64,000 nt of DNA. Origin: Macrostomum lignano (Eukaryota). Under the pieces are notes generated by a model. That model worked only from the letters and a program-made list of their open reading frames with translations. It was not told where the DNA came from and searched no databases. The position numbers were made by a program, and so were the translations under genes. The stretch is taken from positions 1-64,000 of the forward strand of contig NIVC01002792.1 in the NCBI GenBank assembly GCA_002269645.1, given 5' to 3'. Below are positions 25,101 to 35,911 of the stretch, piece by piece; position 1 is the first letter of the stretch; every line of letters starts with the position of its first letter.

Positions 25101-25895
25101 AAGTCCGTGAGTTCCTGCAGGTGCAGATCAAGGGCAGCCTTGTAGGCCGCCCAATCAGTGTTGCGGATATTGCGTCTCCAAGTGATCGGAGACTGGGTTT
25201 TAGTGTCCGCGATGTTAAAGGCGATAAAGCAGTGGTCAGACAGGGAGGGCTCCTCAGACCAGACTCTCCACTCCTCAACTCTGTCAAAGAGTCTTGGGTA
25301 ACGAGTGTGGCGTCGAGGACCTCGGTCCATCTGCCATTATTAAAGGTAGGAGTGCTGCCGCGGTTGCAGAGCATGAGGTTTGTGTTAGAGATGAGGGCCA
25401 GAAGCTCCTCTCCTCTAGTGTTGGTATCTTTGCTGCCCCAGTGCTTGTGGTGCGCGTTGAGGTCGCCCCCTAAGCACAGCTCAGCGTTCTGGGACTCGCA
25501 GTACTGCGCGAGGCGCAGTAAACTCTCAGGAGCAGGGTCTCTGTCGCCTGGGATATAAACCGAGGCAACAAGACACGTACGCGGAGAGAAATGATTAGAT
25601 TGGATGACGCAAAGGTCTCCATCAGAGAGATCAGTCCTCAGCCAAGCCTGGAGATGGCTAGCAGCGAGGATAGCCGCTCTAGGGCGCTGTTCCCCGGGCC
25701 ACACACATAAAAATCAGAGTAGCCAGAGGGAATGTTGGGCAACTTACCGTTGCGCATCCAGGGTTCCTGGATCAGGATGAGGCCTGGCCTGTACAGCTCA
25801 GCAATCTTCATCAGATTTACTGACGCAGATACGCAATGCTGTAAATTAATTTGCAGACAGAATGTCGCTCCTTTGGCAGCGTGGAGCTTAGTCAT
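22158..25895 (-). CDS. Retrotransposon ORF2: APE endonuclease - reverse transcriptase - RNase H - CCHC finger (about three frameshifts)
   Basis: APE: LQINLQHC..LIQEPW and LGGDLNAHH. RT: FRPISLTS, QHAFRTGRST, LDIVGAFD, QGGVLTPTLW, GYADDV. RNase H: YTDGSK, EVLAI, SDSQAAL, WVPGHVGIRGNELAD. Zinc finger: CSFCNSGDETAEHFVSIC. Confidence 0.9.
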
Positions 25896-25934
25896 ACTGT
25901 ATTAAATGCAATTTCTGGCTAGAGCCCAGGGCCA

Positions 25935-27437
25935 TCAAGGAGACTTGGACAACAGATCGTCCTCGTCCCAGGCCGCTGGGGCTTGACTGGGAGATGGGAG
26001 TTGGTCGACGTCCATGGCCTCCTCACCCCCCCGGCCCCCCAGCAGAGTCCTCAGGCTCCGATGACAGGATGGAGGAAGCTTCCTCACCTGCATCTTTACC
26101 TTCAGACCCCACCAGGGTGGCCGAGGAGAGCTCGGATTCCGAAGACCCGGCCTCGTCCTCAACTCCTTCTCCGACTGGCAGGTTTGGTTCCCGGGGCTTG
26201 GCCGGAGCCGTTACCGCGGTCGCCGAACTGCTGCTAGCAGAGGGGCGAGACGCAGCTTTGGCTTTGGGATCGGCTTGCGCCTTTCCTTGGGCCTTAGACT
26301 GCGCCCCGCTCTTGCCGGAGATGCCGGGGTTGGCAGTAGCCTTCCCTTTGGCAGACTTTCCTCGGCGCATCTTGAGCTTGAGGGCACCCAGCTGGAAAGA
26401 GGATCCATTAGGGTACGACTCGCCCAAGTGCTGGAAAGGCCGAGGACAATTGAGTTGCCCGTCTCCCCCCTGCGGACTTTGCGGTGATACACCAGTCCAC
26501 TAGCAGGGAGGTCGGGGTTCAGACGCAGTAGGACCCGGCGAATAACGTCTGGTCCAGCTGCGGTGCTCTTAGCAGGGACGAAAACCACATAGGGTATCGT
26601 CTTTGGACGCTGGCCCTCGCGAAGAAAAAGAGCTCCGCCAAGGTCAGCATCCAAGGAGACCGTCGGTAGCCGCTGGAGCAGCTGCCGAGCGTCCTCCTCG
26701 CTGCTAGGAGCAATAAGAACGAATGTGCTTCGCAGCACCATCCGCTCAATGCCGATGGAGATTCCCTCCTCGACAGTCAGCTCAATCAGATAGGAGTCAA
26801 CAGCACTCCACACTTTTTGAAGCTGATCAGTGGTCCAGTCCTGGTCGCGACCTTGGATGATCACTCCCGGGATTTTGGCCTTGGCCTTCGCCGCAAAGGT
26901 AGCTCCCGAAGGAACCTCCTTGTTGGCAGTGGCCATTTGTTGCGCCGTGGTTTCGGCCTCAGCAGCCGCAGCAGCATCTCCAGGGAGCGCCGCCGCTGAA
27001 CTACTGGAGCTTCCACCGGCCGGCCCGCCTGGTTGCCTTGGGACTCCAGTCGCTTCAGCATCCATGGTGGACGCCGCCGCTTTGGCCCCCGCAGCTCCCT
27101 TCTTGGCCTGCCTTTTGGCGCGTTGTTTAGCGCGTTTGCGCTCAAGCCGAGCCCGCTGAGCTTCATCGGATCTGCCAGATTTGGCCGGTCCTTTAGGCTC
27201 AGAGCTCGCGGTTCCCTTAGATCCACCAGCGGAGCTGGCAGGTCTTAGGGTATTTTGAGTTTGGTAGCTCTGGTCGGATCTGCCAGCAGAGCCAGCCGGT
27301 CCTTCCTTTGCCACAGTTGAATCAGTCGGTTGGGATCTGCCAGCAGGGCCGGCCGGTCCTTCGGACTGAGGTTGGGGTTTAGAAGGGTCCCCGTCCCTAG
27401 AAATAGCTTGTTTATCCATAGTCGGCTCGAAGGCCAT
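25935..27437 (-). CDS. Retrotransposon ORF1 (basic N-terminus; DUF4780-like core; frameshifted)
   Basis: First ATG at 27437. Lys/Arg-rich ARLERKRAKQRAKRQAKK, then VVFVP..IRRVLLRLNPDLP..VLGL, a pattern typical of LOA-clade ORF1 (recalled by eye). No zinc knuckle. Confidence 0.7.
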
Positions 27438-27712
27438 GATAAAAGGTTGGTGGGCTACCCTCAAAGGGGCGCGGTACCCACCCGGCCGCTCCACCTGACC
27501 GGGCAGTAGGCCAATAACACCCTCAAGGCTGGCCCGACACCAGGAGGGGGACCGCTTGCGACCGGACTACTCCCCGGCCTTCCAGCCCATCGGCACGGTC
27601 AACACCTTAGGCATTAGAGAGTACGTTGAGCAGTACCACGGCCTGCAGGTTGGCGAGCCAGACCCGCATACCCAAATTCGGCCGAAGCCACTGGATAGGG
27701 TCGCCAGCGCCG

Positions 27713-27956
27713 GAGCCCAGTCTGTCCAGCAGCCCTAGGGACTGCCTTGAACACACGCGGGGACGAGTACCCTGGGTCGACTTGCGAGACAGCGTGGGGG
27801 GGGGGTCTGCGGCTGCCAGAGGCAAATAGAGGGTGCAGACCTCCCACCAGCCTTGACCTGCTGAAGATAGGGGCAGGCGTGAAGCATCGCAGACCTTAGC
27901 CCATGGGCCTAGTCTGTCTCATACTTCACTGGCATGCTGAATACGCCTTCGCGTGC
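27713..27956 (-). ncRNA. Putative HDV-like self-cleaving ribozyme forming the 5' end of the retrotransposon RNA
   Basis: P1 GCACGCG/CGCGUGU (G1-U wobble), P3 GGG/CCC, L3 UACUCGU, P1.1 AC/GU, P4 hairpin, J4/2 CAGA and P2 GACCCA(G)/CUGGGCUC appear in canonical order. G1 is the first base after the TSD. Confidence 0.75.
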
Positions 27957-28831
27957 TAGGCGCCGGTCACAGTGGACCAATGGCAAGGCAGTTCTCAGTC
28001 GACCAATCTATCAAATCAGTGAGCAAAACTGCCAGAAGTGCAGAATCGGCGCCAGAGATGTACTTTGTGCACTCTAGGGTAGCCAAGCGGCTCGGGTAAA
28101 TGAATCATGCGGTCCCTGAAGTTCGAGTTAGTCTATCATCAGCGCTATGAGAGGCTAGTTGGCGCGTTGAAGGCCAAAAGTACATATCTTCGTATTTAGC
28201 AATGTAATAGTACATGCAGCTACCCCATAGACTCGCCACCGCAAGAACCCCTGCACAAGTCCCCTCTGTACCTGCATGGCCAATGCGATCTAGTCCCAGC
28301 AGTGTCCCCTATCATCGGCTATGACTTCGAGATTGACAGCAAAAAGACACTAGTTGGCAGGTAAGTGCAAAGCCCCTTCTAGTCGGAAGCCCGATTTCGA
28401 GAGTCCCGGTGTGGTGAGCCAGGGCGCACGGGCTGGTGGCAGCAAGTTAGTTGATCTGCGGATTAGCTAATTTCTACTTTCAAAATTCTCCCTGCTCGTC
28501 TCTCGCTGTCCCTCTCTTAGCTATAGGACCTAGACTGCTCGCCACACGATCAAGCTACCATGGGGCTGACCATCTGACAGGAGTGGGGGCCAGGTCTCTA
28601 ATTGATTTATTTCTGAGCCTGAGGCCCGAAGGCTTCCCTAACAAGGAGCCCGAAGGTCGAAACCCATCATGTACCCTAACCTACATCCTTAACCCACCAA
28701 ACCTAATCGTTGGTATAGTCGGCTGGCAGTCAACTTGTCGGTAATAGCTTATTTCAGCAGTTCAGCACAATCTCTGGCGTACTGGCAGGGCGACACGTGG
28801 GCTCCCCTGCTCTTCATCATGGTCTTGTAGA

Positions 28832-29507
28832 CAGACGCGTCGCCACCAGGGGGGACAGGAGGGACAGGGGGGACATGTCCCCCAGTAAAAGCTAGGGCGG
28901 GGACATGCCAATGCTTTGTCCCCCACCTTACCTTGTGACCCGTATCAATAACCAATTATAATTTTAGCGCCAAATAAATGCCTGCGGCGCCAAAAGAAAT
29001 GCGCCTGCGATGCTAAAAGGAGTACGAGTGCCTGCGGCGCCAAAAGGAGTGCCTGCGGCGGCAAATGGAATGCCTGCGGCGCCAAAAGGCTGGCGGCGGC
29101 GGCAGCTACGCGGCTTCCGGAGCCACCACAGTACAGGGCTCGGCAGGGGGCAACAGCCAGGCTGCCGGGCGGGTCAGCATCCAAATGCCTGCAGCCCCAA
29201 AAAAATGCCTGCGGCGCCAAAAGAAATGCCTGCGGCGCCAAAAGGAGTGCCTGTGGCGCCAAAAGGAGTGCCTGCGGCGCCAAATGGAGTGCCTGCGGCA
29301 CCAGAGAAATGCCTGCGGCGCCAAAAGAAATGCCTTCGGCGCCAAATGAGAGTGCCTGCGGCGCCAAAATTAGGACCCGCGGCGCAAAAATGAGCGTGAC
29401 AACACAATTCTCAAAATAATTGAAATGTAGAAATTTAGTCATGTACATGTACATGTTGAATTCATGGCTTTGTCCCCCCCACCATAAAATCAATAGCGAC
29501 GCCCCTG
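28832..29507. mobile_element. hAT-like MITE with a diverged 21-bp internal array
   Basis: Imperfect TIRs CAGACGCGTCGC...GCGACGCCCCTG and internal GCCTGCGGCGCCAAAAG repeats; same family as 12883-13691. Confidence 0.7.
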
Positions 29508-29519
29508 GTCGTGGATTAT

Positions 29520-30190
29520 GGGCTGCGCCGCTCCCTTCAAGAGGATGACAGCTACAGTACATGCTGGTCCCATGCCGAAGCTCCCGACATATCGTGTTGT
29601 TCCACTGCACGACCCCAAAAAAAAGACAGTCGGAATAGAATCGGATTTCGATCGGATTTCTACGTGCGATGGGAATTACGCCTGCTCTCGCGTATGCCGA
29701 TGACATCGCGTTCCTTTGTCGGGACCCAGCTGCTTCCCAACACGCTCTTTCTCGGCTCTGTGATGAGGGCGCCCGCTTGTGGCTGGTTGGTCAACGCTCG
29801 CAAAACAAAAAGGTGAAGCGCCTTGGGCACTGACACCGCCCCGGCACTTGCGCTGCCCAACGGAGACGCCATGACCGAGTGCAAGGACTTCTGGTACCTC
29901 GGATCTTCAACAGGAGGAATCAGGCCTGGCTCAGGAACGTCTTCAACTCAGCTGCGAGGGACGGCCTGAAGGTGCGCCTCTTCTCCGTGGCCGTGGAGCC
30001 GATCCTCCTGTAGTGCCGATGACCGACACACGAGATTGAGCGCTGGATGCGCTTCAGGTCCCTGATGCGCTTCGCTCTAGGCGTGTACACTAAACCCCGA
30101 GAGGTTGCCGTCCTGCAGAGACCTAGCTGATGGCCCACGTCGGGCGTTCCAGACCTGAGCGTCGCCGCCAGAGTCCGCTGCTGGAATTTA
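29520..30190 (+). mobile_element. Decayed RTE-like reverse transcriptase fragment
   Basis: LAYADDIA and DGLKVRLFSVAVEPILLY motifs in broken frames. Confidence 0.7.
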
Positions 30191-30719
30191 GTGGGTTCGA
30201 AATCTGTGGGTTTCAACAGCTTGTATTCGTATGAAACAAAGTATCTCAATCGCATTAAATGATTGATAAAATTTCACTGCATATCAAGCGAGTTCTAATA
30301 GTCGTCTTAGTGCTCTTTTAAAATTTGTTAGAATTCGTTAAATATGTTAGTTTTTTAATATGAACATGAAAATCTCAATCCGAGGGTCAGAAAATTAAGA
30401 GGTCTAGAAAATTAATATACTGCGTAATGCAATGATCTACACTGTTACCAGCACGAATTGTTTCAAATGGAGAAATTATAGTTAAGACTTGAGGGACATG
30501 CACAATGGTCCTCTTTACACCCCAGGAGCTATAAACAGGCAATAGTAATTAATTGAGAGAGAGAGAGAGAGAGAGGTTGAAAGCCTCACAAGCTAATTAA
30601 AGCTGTCTTCAGGAGCAAATGCTTAATCTATACGTATTTGGCATCGAGTAACCGTAATCCAAAATTCTTTTTGTTTGGTCAAAGTCTGACCAGCAGGGGG
30701 CTCCCCAGGGAGCCATTGA

Positions 30720-30885
30720 TCTCATTCACTTCGTCAACTGACTAATCTGTAATAAGACCTCTAAACTAAACTTGGTCACTTCGTCAAAGCAAATACCGCT
30801 TTGACTATTAACCCCTGCCAAATAGAGATAGTCACTTCGTCAACGTCAACCATTCGACAAAACGCCAGTTGACGAAGTGAGCAGC
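30720..30885. repeat. Cluster of direct and inverted CACTTCGTCAA motifs (transposon subterminal-type repeats)
   Basis: CACTTCGTCAA occurs three times (~30726, ~30777, ~30834) and inverted (TTGACGAAGTG, ~30870). Confidence 0.5.
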
Positions 30886-32029
30886 ACCTGTGGGCGTGGC
30901 CATGGCCACTGCATATGTCATGTGCGAAAAAAATTTTTTTTGGCTATCTTGGGTGGGCTTATAGTATACTTCTATACATTTAGATTTAGGCCCCATATTG
31001 TATAACTTTATCATGTTTAGGCACTCTTTAAAAACACTGTAGCTAAATGTTATTTTTTATACTTACTATCATTAACCTACCCTGTTTTTGGATCTATGTC
31101 ATTTTTATTTCTAGGTTTTACTTTAAGCACTTAGCCTTCTATGGCATAGGCCTTTACCTAGCTAAGAAACAATATAGAAAACATATGCTAGAATAAAAAA
31201 CAACTGATCAAAATTATAAGCTCTTATAAATATGGCTAGTGATGACAAACCTAATATTATAATATTTAAAATATATTATATACCAAATATAATGTTTTGG
31301 CAAATTTATGCTATTTTTAAATTGCCAACCTAATTATAGTAATTTATATTAAAAAAATTGGCATAGGCATAGGCCTATCCTAGATAATCTTGATGAAACA
31401 TGGCCTGCCTTATATGTCATAGCATCATCTTGTTTTGTTAATAAAAAAAGCAATTTGGCTAGGCTACTTCAATCAATATGTCCAATGATTTTATAATATA
31501 AGTATTGGTCAATTTGGTTGGCCTAATAACATTTTGTAGGCCTATTAATAAAAAATATTCAAGATATTTAAATATGGCATAAAAAATCTTAGATATGGCA
31601 TTTAAAATTAAGGATTAAGGTCATTAATAAGTCTTTAGTTAAGCCTATAATATAATTTAATATATAATACTAGGTACTTATAGAGCTGTATACTGTATAT
31701 AATAAGCATATATCAAGGAATGTATTTATGTATTTATTCATTTTGTTTTTTTAAAACATTTATGCATGCGGGGAAGGAAAGTTCTAGAAAGACCAGGGAA
31801 AGAAACTTCGAACTATGTATAAACAAGTCCTGCTGTGGAAGTTTCTAGAAACCCTGTCCCCAAACTATCCCTACGCATTGCATGCCTTTGCAATACACAA
31901 CAGTAAGACTATAAGGTGTAAATTATATATTTGTTTTGCTATTGTTAAACAGATTTTGGTGAAAAGTAAAGCATATCATATTGACTAGCAGGTTCAATCT
32001 AATGCCAAACAACACTCCAGCCCGCCGCC

Positions 32030-32680
32030 ATGACATCCAACCCTCTTCTTCGCGCTGTGCTACTCTCTGCTAAGAATGGCGTCCGCCTGTCCGAGCTTCA
32101 GTCGCAGTACCGAGCTTTGGCTGGACACGAGCTGGACCTTCGCGGCCAGAGTCTGCAAAAGTTTATTCAGGATTGTGATGAAGCCTATCTGAGACTGGTC
32201 AATGGAGAGCTGGTTGCTTTCGGCCGGGAGACTGAACAGACTCAGCATATTTGCTCGCTAATTCGGCGACAGAAAACCACAGGCGGAGGCGGCGGCCGGG
32301 GCCACGGTGGACGCAGGCAGCAGCAGCAGCAGCAGGACCAGCAGCAACAGCAGCAGCGCTTTTCAGCTGGTCAGAGCCGTCGCTTCAATTGCGAACGCGA
32401 AGAGAATTTTCAACAAGATAATCATCACCGGGCCACTGGGATGCAGCTGCCGCATCGCCGCTACCAGCATCAGCGCCAACAGCAGGCTTTCGACTATCGC
32501 CGAACTACAGTTCTGTCCATTGTTGATGAGAATTCCACTGATGGCGCTGACCGACTGGTGCGACTCGACCACGCCAGCGGCGGTGGCGCCAGCCTGCGAG
32601 TGACCATCTCAAATAACAAAAACTCAGTTGGTCGCAGAGCTGCGTTTCGGCGATGGCCTCTTGCGGAGTGCGATCTGTGA
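32030..32680 (+). CDS. Single-exon eLOTUS (OST-HTH) domain protein with an RG/Q-rich tail and no Tudor domain
   Basis: LRAVLLSAKNGVRLSELQSQYRALAG...TEQTQHICSLIRRQK closely follows the TDRD7/TDRD5 N-terminal LOTUS pattern. AATAAA at 32783-32788. Confidence 0.85.
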   Translation: MTSNPLLRAVLLSAKNGVRLSELQSQYRALAGHELDLRGQSLQKFIQDCDEAYLRLVNGELVAFGRETEQTQHICSLIRRQKTTGGGGGRGHGGRRQQQQQQDQQQQQQRFSAGQSRRFNCEREENFQQDNHHRATGMQLPHRRYQHQRQQQAFDYRRTTVLSIVDENSTDGADRLVRLDHASGGGASLRVTISNNKNSVGRRAAFRRWPLAECDL

Positions 32681-32989
32681 CTGTGCCCTATGTGACCCTT
32701 GATGTTGACGTGGGGATGTCCGCATGTCTCTGGATTCATTGTCTGTTTCACTATTTACCACTAGCCATCATCTCGCTTTTCAAATAAATTTATACCCAAT
32801 AGAAGGTTAATACTCGTACGCTTTTAGTTAGCGACTTTTTAAGTTTTTAGAGATTTCCTGAATTAAACATTTTCAAGTCGATATTTTATTGTAATTTGAG
32901 TTGAAAACTATACAGACAGTAAATGGGGTGCAGGGCCCAAACGGTAATATTTAAGCCAAAAAACTGGGGGGGGGGCTTGAGTGCAAGAT

Positions 32990-33290
32990 AAGACAGGCGT
33001 GAAGTGCGCGACTGAGGAAAGAGGCGAAAATGGAGAGCCAATCAGAAGGCAGCGAGGGGGGAGAGAATAACAAGATTGAACTAGACAGAGAGGCGTGAAG
33101 TGCGCGACTTAGGAAAGAGGCGAAAATGGAGAGCCAATCAGAAGGCAGCGAGGGGGGAGAGAATAACAAGATTGAACTAGACAGAGAGGCGTGAAGTGCG
33201 CGACTTAGGAAAGAGGCGAAAATGGAGAGCCAATCAGAAAGCAGCGAGGGAGAGAGAATAACAAGATTGAACTAGACAGAGGGAGAGAAA
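32990..33290. repeat. 96-bp tandem triplication containing CCAAT boxes
   Basis: GAAGTGCGCG recurs at 33001, 33097 and 33193. Confidence 0.9.
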
Positions 33291-34556
33291 ACAGTGACCA
33301 GTGCAGATGAACTAAAAAAGTCGCGACAAATTTCGCCTTTAAGCGCTTTTTATTTTGCATTTTTACTTCTCCATTCAGTGCCAGACTTTCCATATTTTAA
33401 TCTTGCCTACTGAATTTTTTACTGGCATGCGAATCAATGATATTTGATAATTTGGTCAAAACAATAGCAATACATTTATTCAAATCGCTTTGTGTCGCTG
33501 TATCCGACTTGAATGTTGAGTTTGGTTCAATGATTTACTTTGCTTTTATTGCTTTTATTGTGTTTTTTTGTCTTTTTAATCAACACAGCAATCCATCACA
33601 CAACTATGACCAAATTAGTGACCCGAACTGACCCCAAGTCAACCAAGGGAGTGACCCGAACTGACCCCAGGTCAACCAAAAGATTTAATAATCGAAAGCC
33701 ATTGATATGCAGTCTGCTGATTTTTTCGTATTGCTACGAGGCCAAGGACAACTAAAGCAGCGTATATACTGGACGCGACACTCACGTTTCATGCAAAAAG
33801 TTTTGAAGGCCACAAGAAAAATACACTACGGAGATAGGAAGTTTTCATTTTTTCAGAACGAAAGCATTTGTTCAGAAAATTAGGATTCTATATGTTTATT
33901 TTTTTCTACGTACATCCTGTACCTAAAAATCATAAAATATGCATGGCACTGCTCCAAACTTTGGTTCTATGAATCTATTTTATCATCTCTGTTACACATA
34001 TTGTTACACAGTCAGCTAAGAATAACAAAATGGATTCATAAAACCAATGAGCTGAGCCGTGCCATTTTAATGATTTTTAGGCACAGGAGACATGCAAATG
34101 AACGTAGAATAAGAATTGAACATTGAATCCTAATTTTCTGAACAAATTCTTTATATTATATGAACATGTGCTGCTTCCAGTTTCCAGTAGTAAACAAAGA
34201 TTACATTATGACAATAAATCATAAATACTTACACATAGCTCGTACAACATTCCAAGCATGGCAAATGGGCATTTTATATTGCGTCGGCATAATGTGAAAG
34301 TACTCAAGTACATTAAAACACATGTACTCGTACCAGTGGTCCTTGGCCAAGATTATAGAAGTTTATTGCTAAGAGGAACTGAAAAGCACGATCCTGTTTA
34401 TCTGGCTAATTGCCATATCATTTGATGAGGTGCCATTTCATTTTGCTTCTGAGGTCTCGGTCGGTGATTAAGAACCTGATTATTGCAACGTACGCCGAAC
34501 CCAATATTTTCTACGATTACCAGCTGTAATTATTATAGCTTATATTCTACACATTC

Positions 34557-34980
34557 TTAGCAAGTACTATACGGTATGAGATGACTTTCTGTTTTGCTTG
34601 AGGTAGGCACAGACTGGGCCTCCGTGTCCGGACCCGGCCTGCAGCTCGTCGGTCTCACCAGCAGGCACTGCTCACATTGTTGGCTGTTGCTTAAGAGTTT
34701 TCGTTGCCCAAAGCAGCTCCCGGCCGCTGATGAAGCCCTCAAAGTCGCGCACAGTCTCCGGCAGCGGCTTGCCTTTGGTCTCGGGCAACAGCAGGGCGGT
34801 GAAGGCGCTGACAATGCTGAGCCCGTTAAATATGAGGCCGGGCAGGAATTGATTGGCGGCGCCAGGATGTTGGCCAGCCCGATGCCCAGGAATAGGCCGA
34901 ATTGTTGCGAATGGAAGTGGGGAACACCTCGGCGGACCAGACTTCCATGATGCAGTAGCTGGCGGTGAGGAGGCACTTGC
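34557..34980 (-). CDS. SLC22/OCT-like MFS transporter, last exon (frameshifted)
   Basis: Acceptor CCGCAG| at 34981-34982. Reads GKCLLTASYCIMEVWSAEVFPTSIRN ... LLLPETKGKPLPETV (SLC22 signature). The exact stop position is uncertain. Confidence 0.8.
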
Positions 34981-35314
34981 CTGCGGATGCGTGGGGTGGC
35001 AACACAAGGAAAGAAAATTTGCCTTGGGGCTCGCACAGTGATCTTGCCGATGAGGTATCCAACATCCAGGCACAGAGTGCGTACTTGTACATGTCCGATG
35101 ATTCTAAGAATTAGTCGGGGCCCCTGTACACCCTGAATGAGTGCGTGTGTGCGTTCAGCAGACTGGGCCAAAGCTGCTTGCCCCTCGCTGTACAAGCTAT
35201 GCTGGGTCGACTAGCCTGGCAGCGCCCACAGCCCCCTGCAAACTGCTAGAACTGCTAGATTTCTGATGCGTTTTTGCTCTCTTATCTGTCACAGCTAGAG
35301 CTTTGCCAACTCAC

Positions 35315-35674
35315 CCGACATGGCGACGACCGCCTTGGCGACGGCGAACCGCCTCTCCGGGATGTTCGGCACGGCGATCGCGCAGGCGCCGCTGATGGCC
35401 GTCAGCACCAGGGTGGTGTACTTGCGGCCGAACTTGTCGCTGACCAGCCAGGCCAGGAAGTAGCTGGGAATCTCGACTGCGCCGCTGATGAGCACGCGTT
35501 GACGACGATGCTTGAGCTGATGAAGGTGGTGAACGTAGCCAGGCCGAAGTAGCAGAAAGTGAACATGGTGAGGAAGTTGAATATGACCAGCGTCTTGATG
35601 CGCATGACCGGGTAGGTGACCATCTCCATCAGGTTGCCCGTGGGCTCGGGCTCGATCTCCACCTTGAGAAAAGC
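35315..35674 (-). CDS. SLC22/OCT-like MFS transporter, penultimate exon (TM7-TM10)
   Basis: Reads GNLMEMVTYPVMRIKTLVIFNF..CYFGL..NA(V)LISGAVEIPSYFLAWLVSDKFGRK, with donor G|GTGAGT at 35314. The 5' exons were not confidently found. Confidence 0.8.
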
Positions 35675-35911
35675 CTGAAGAACAGCTTTAAAAATTGGAT
35701 TTCAGTGCTTTGTACCTACATGTACACCTGCAGACAGCACTAACAAAAACTATTAGTTGGCAATATCCAGCAGAAGTTTAGACATTACTAGCATATGCAC
35801 ACCTGTACCGGCATTTCCTGGGGTGTCTTCTAAAGAAGAGACAAAAAAGCAACGTGTCTATAGTTTTCTAGTTTAGCTAGAAAAACCTAATATTGAGTAG
35901 CATTATAATGT

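Larger units (their letters stand above)
22063..27956 (-). mobile_element. Full-length LOA-like (I-group) non-LTR retrotransposon, 5894 bp
   Basis: Perfect 12-bp TSD TAGGCGCCGGTC at 22051-22062 and 27957-27968. The 3' end carries a short AAGTCAA repeat. ORF1 and ORF2 contain APE, RT, RNase H and CCHC domains. Confidence 0.92.

Noticed and set aside
28612-28682. Hammerhead-like string CTAACAAGGAGCCCGAAGGTCGAAACCCATCATGTA
   Set aside because: A stem II and GAAAC are present, but the CUGANGA core is mutated (CTAACAA) and stem I cannot be formed; at best a dead relic.
34557-35674. Pseudogene call for the SLC22, TMEM179 and DEG/ENaC genes
   Set aside because: Splice sites and phases are intact and the recognisable lesions are single-base homopolymer indels, more consistent with assembly error.
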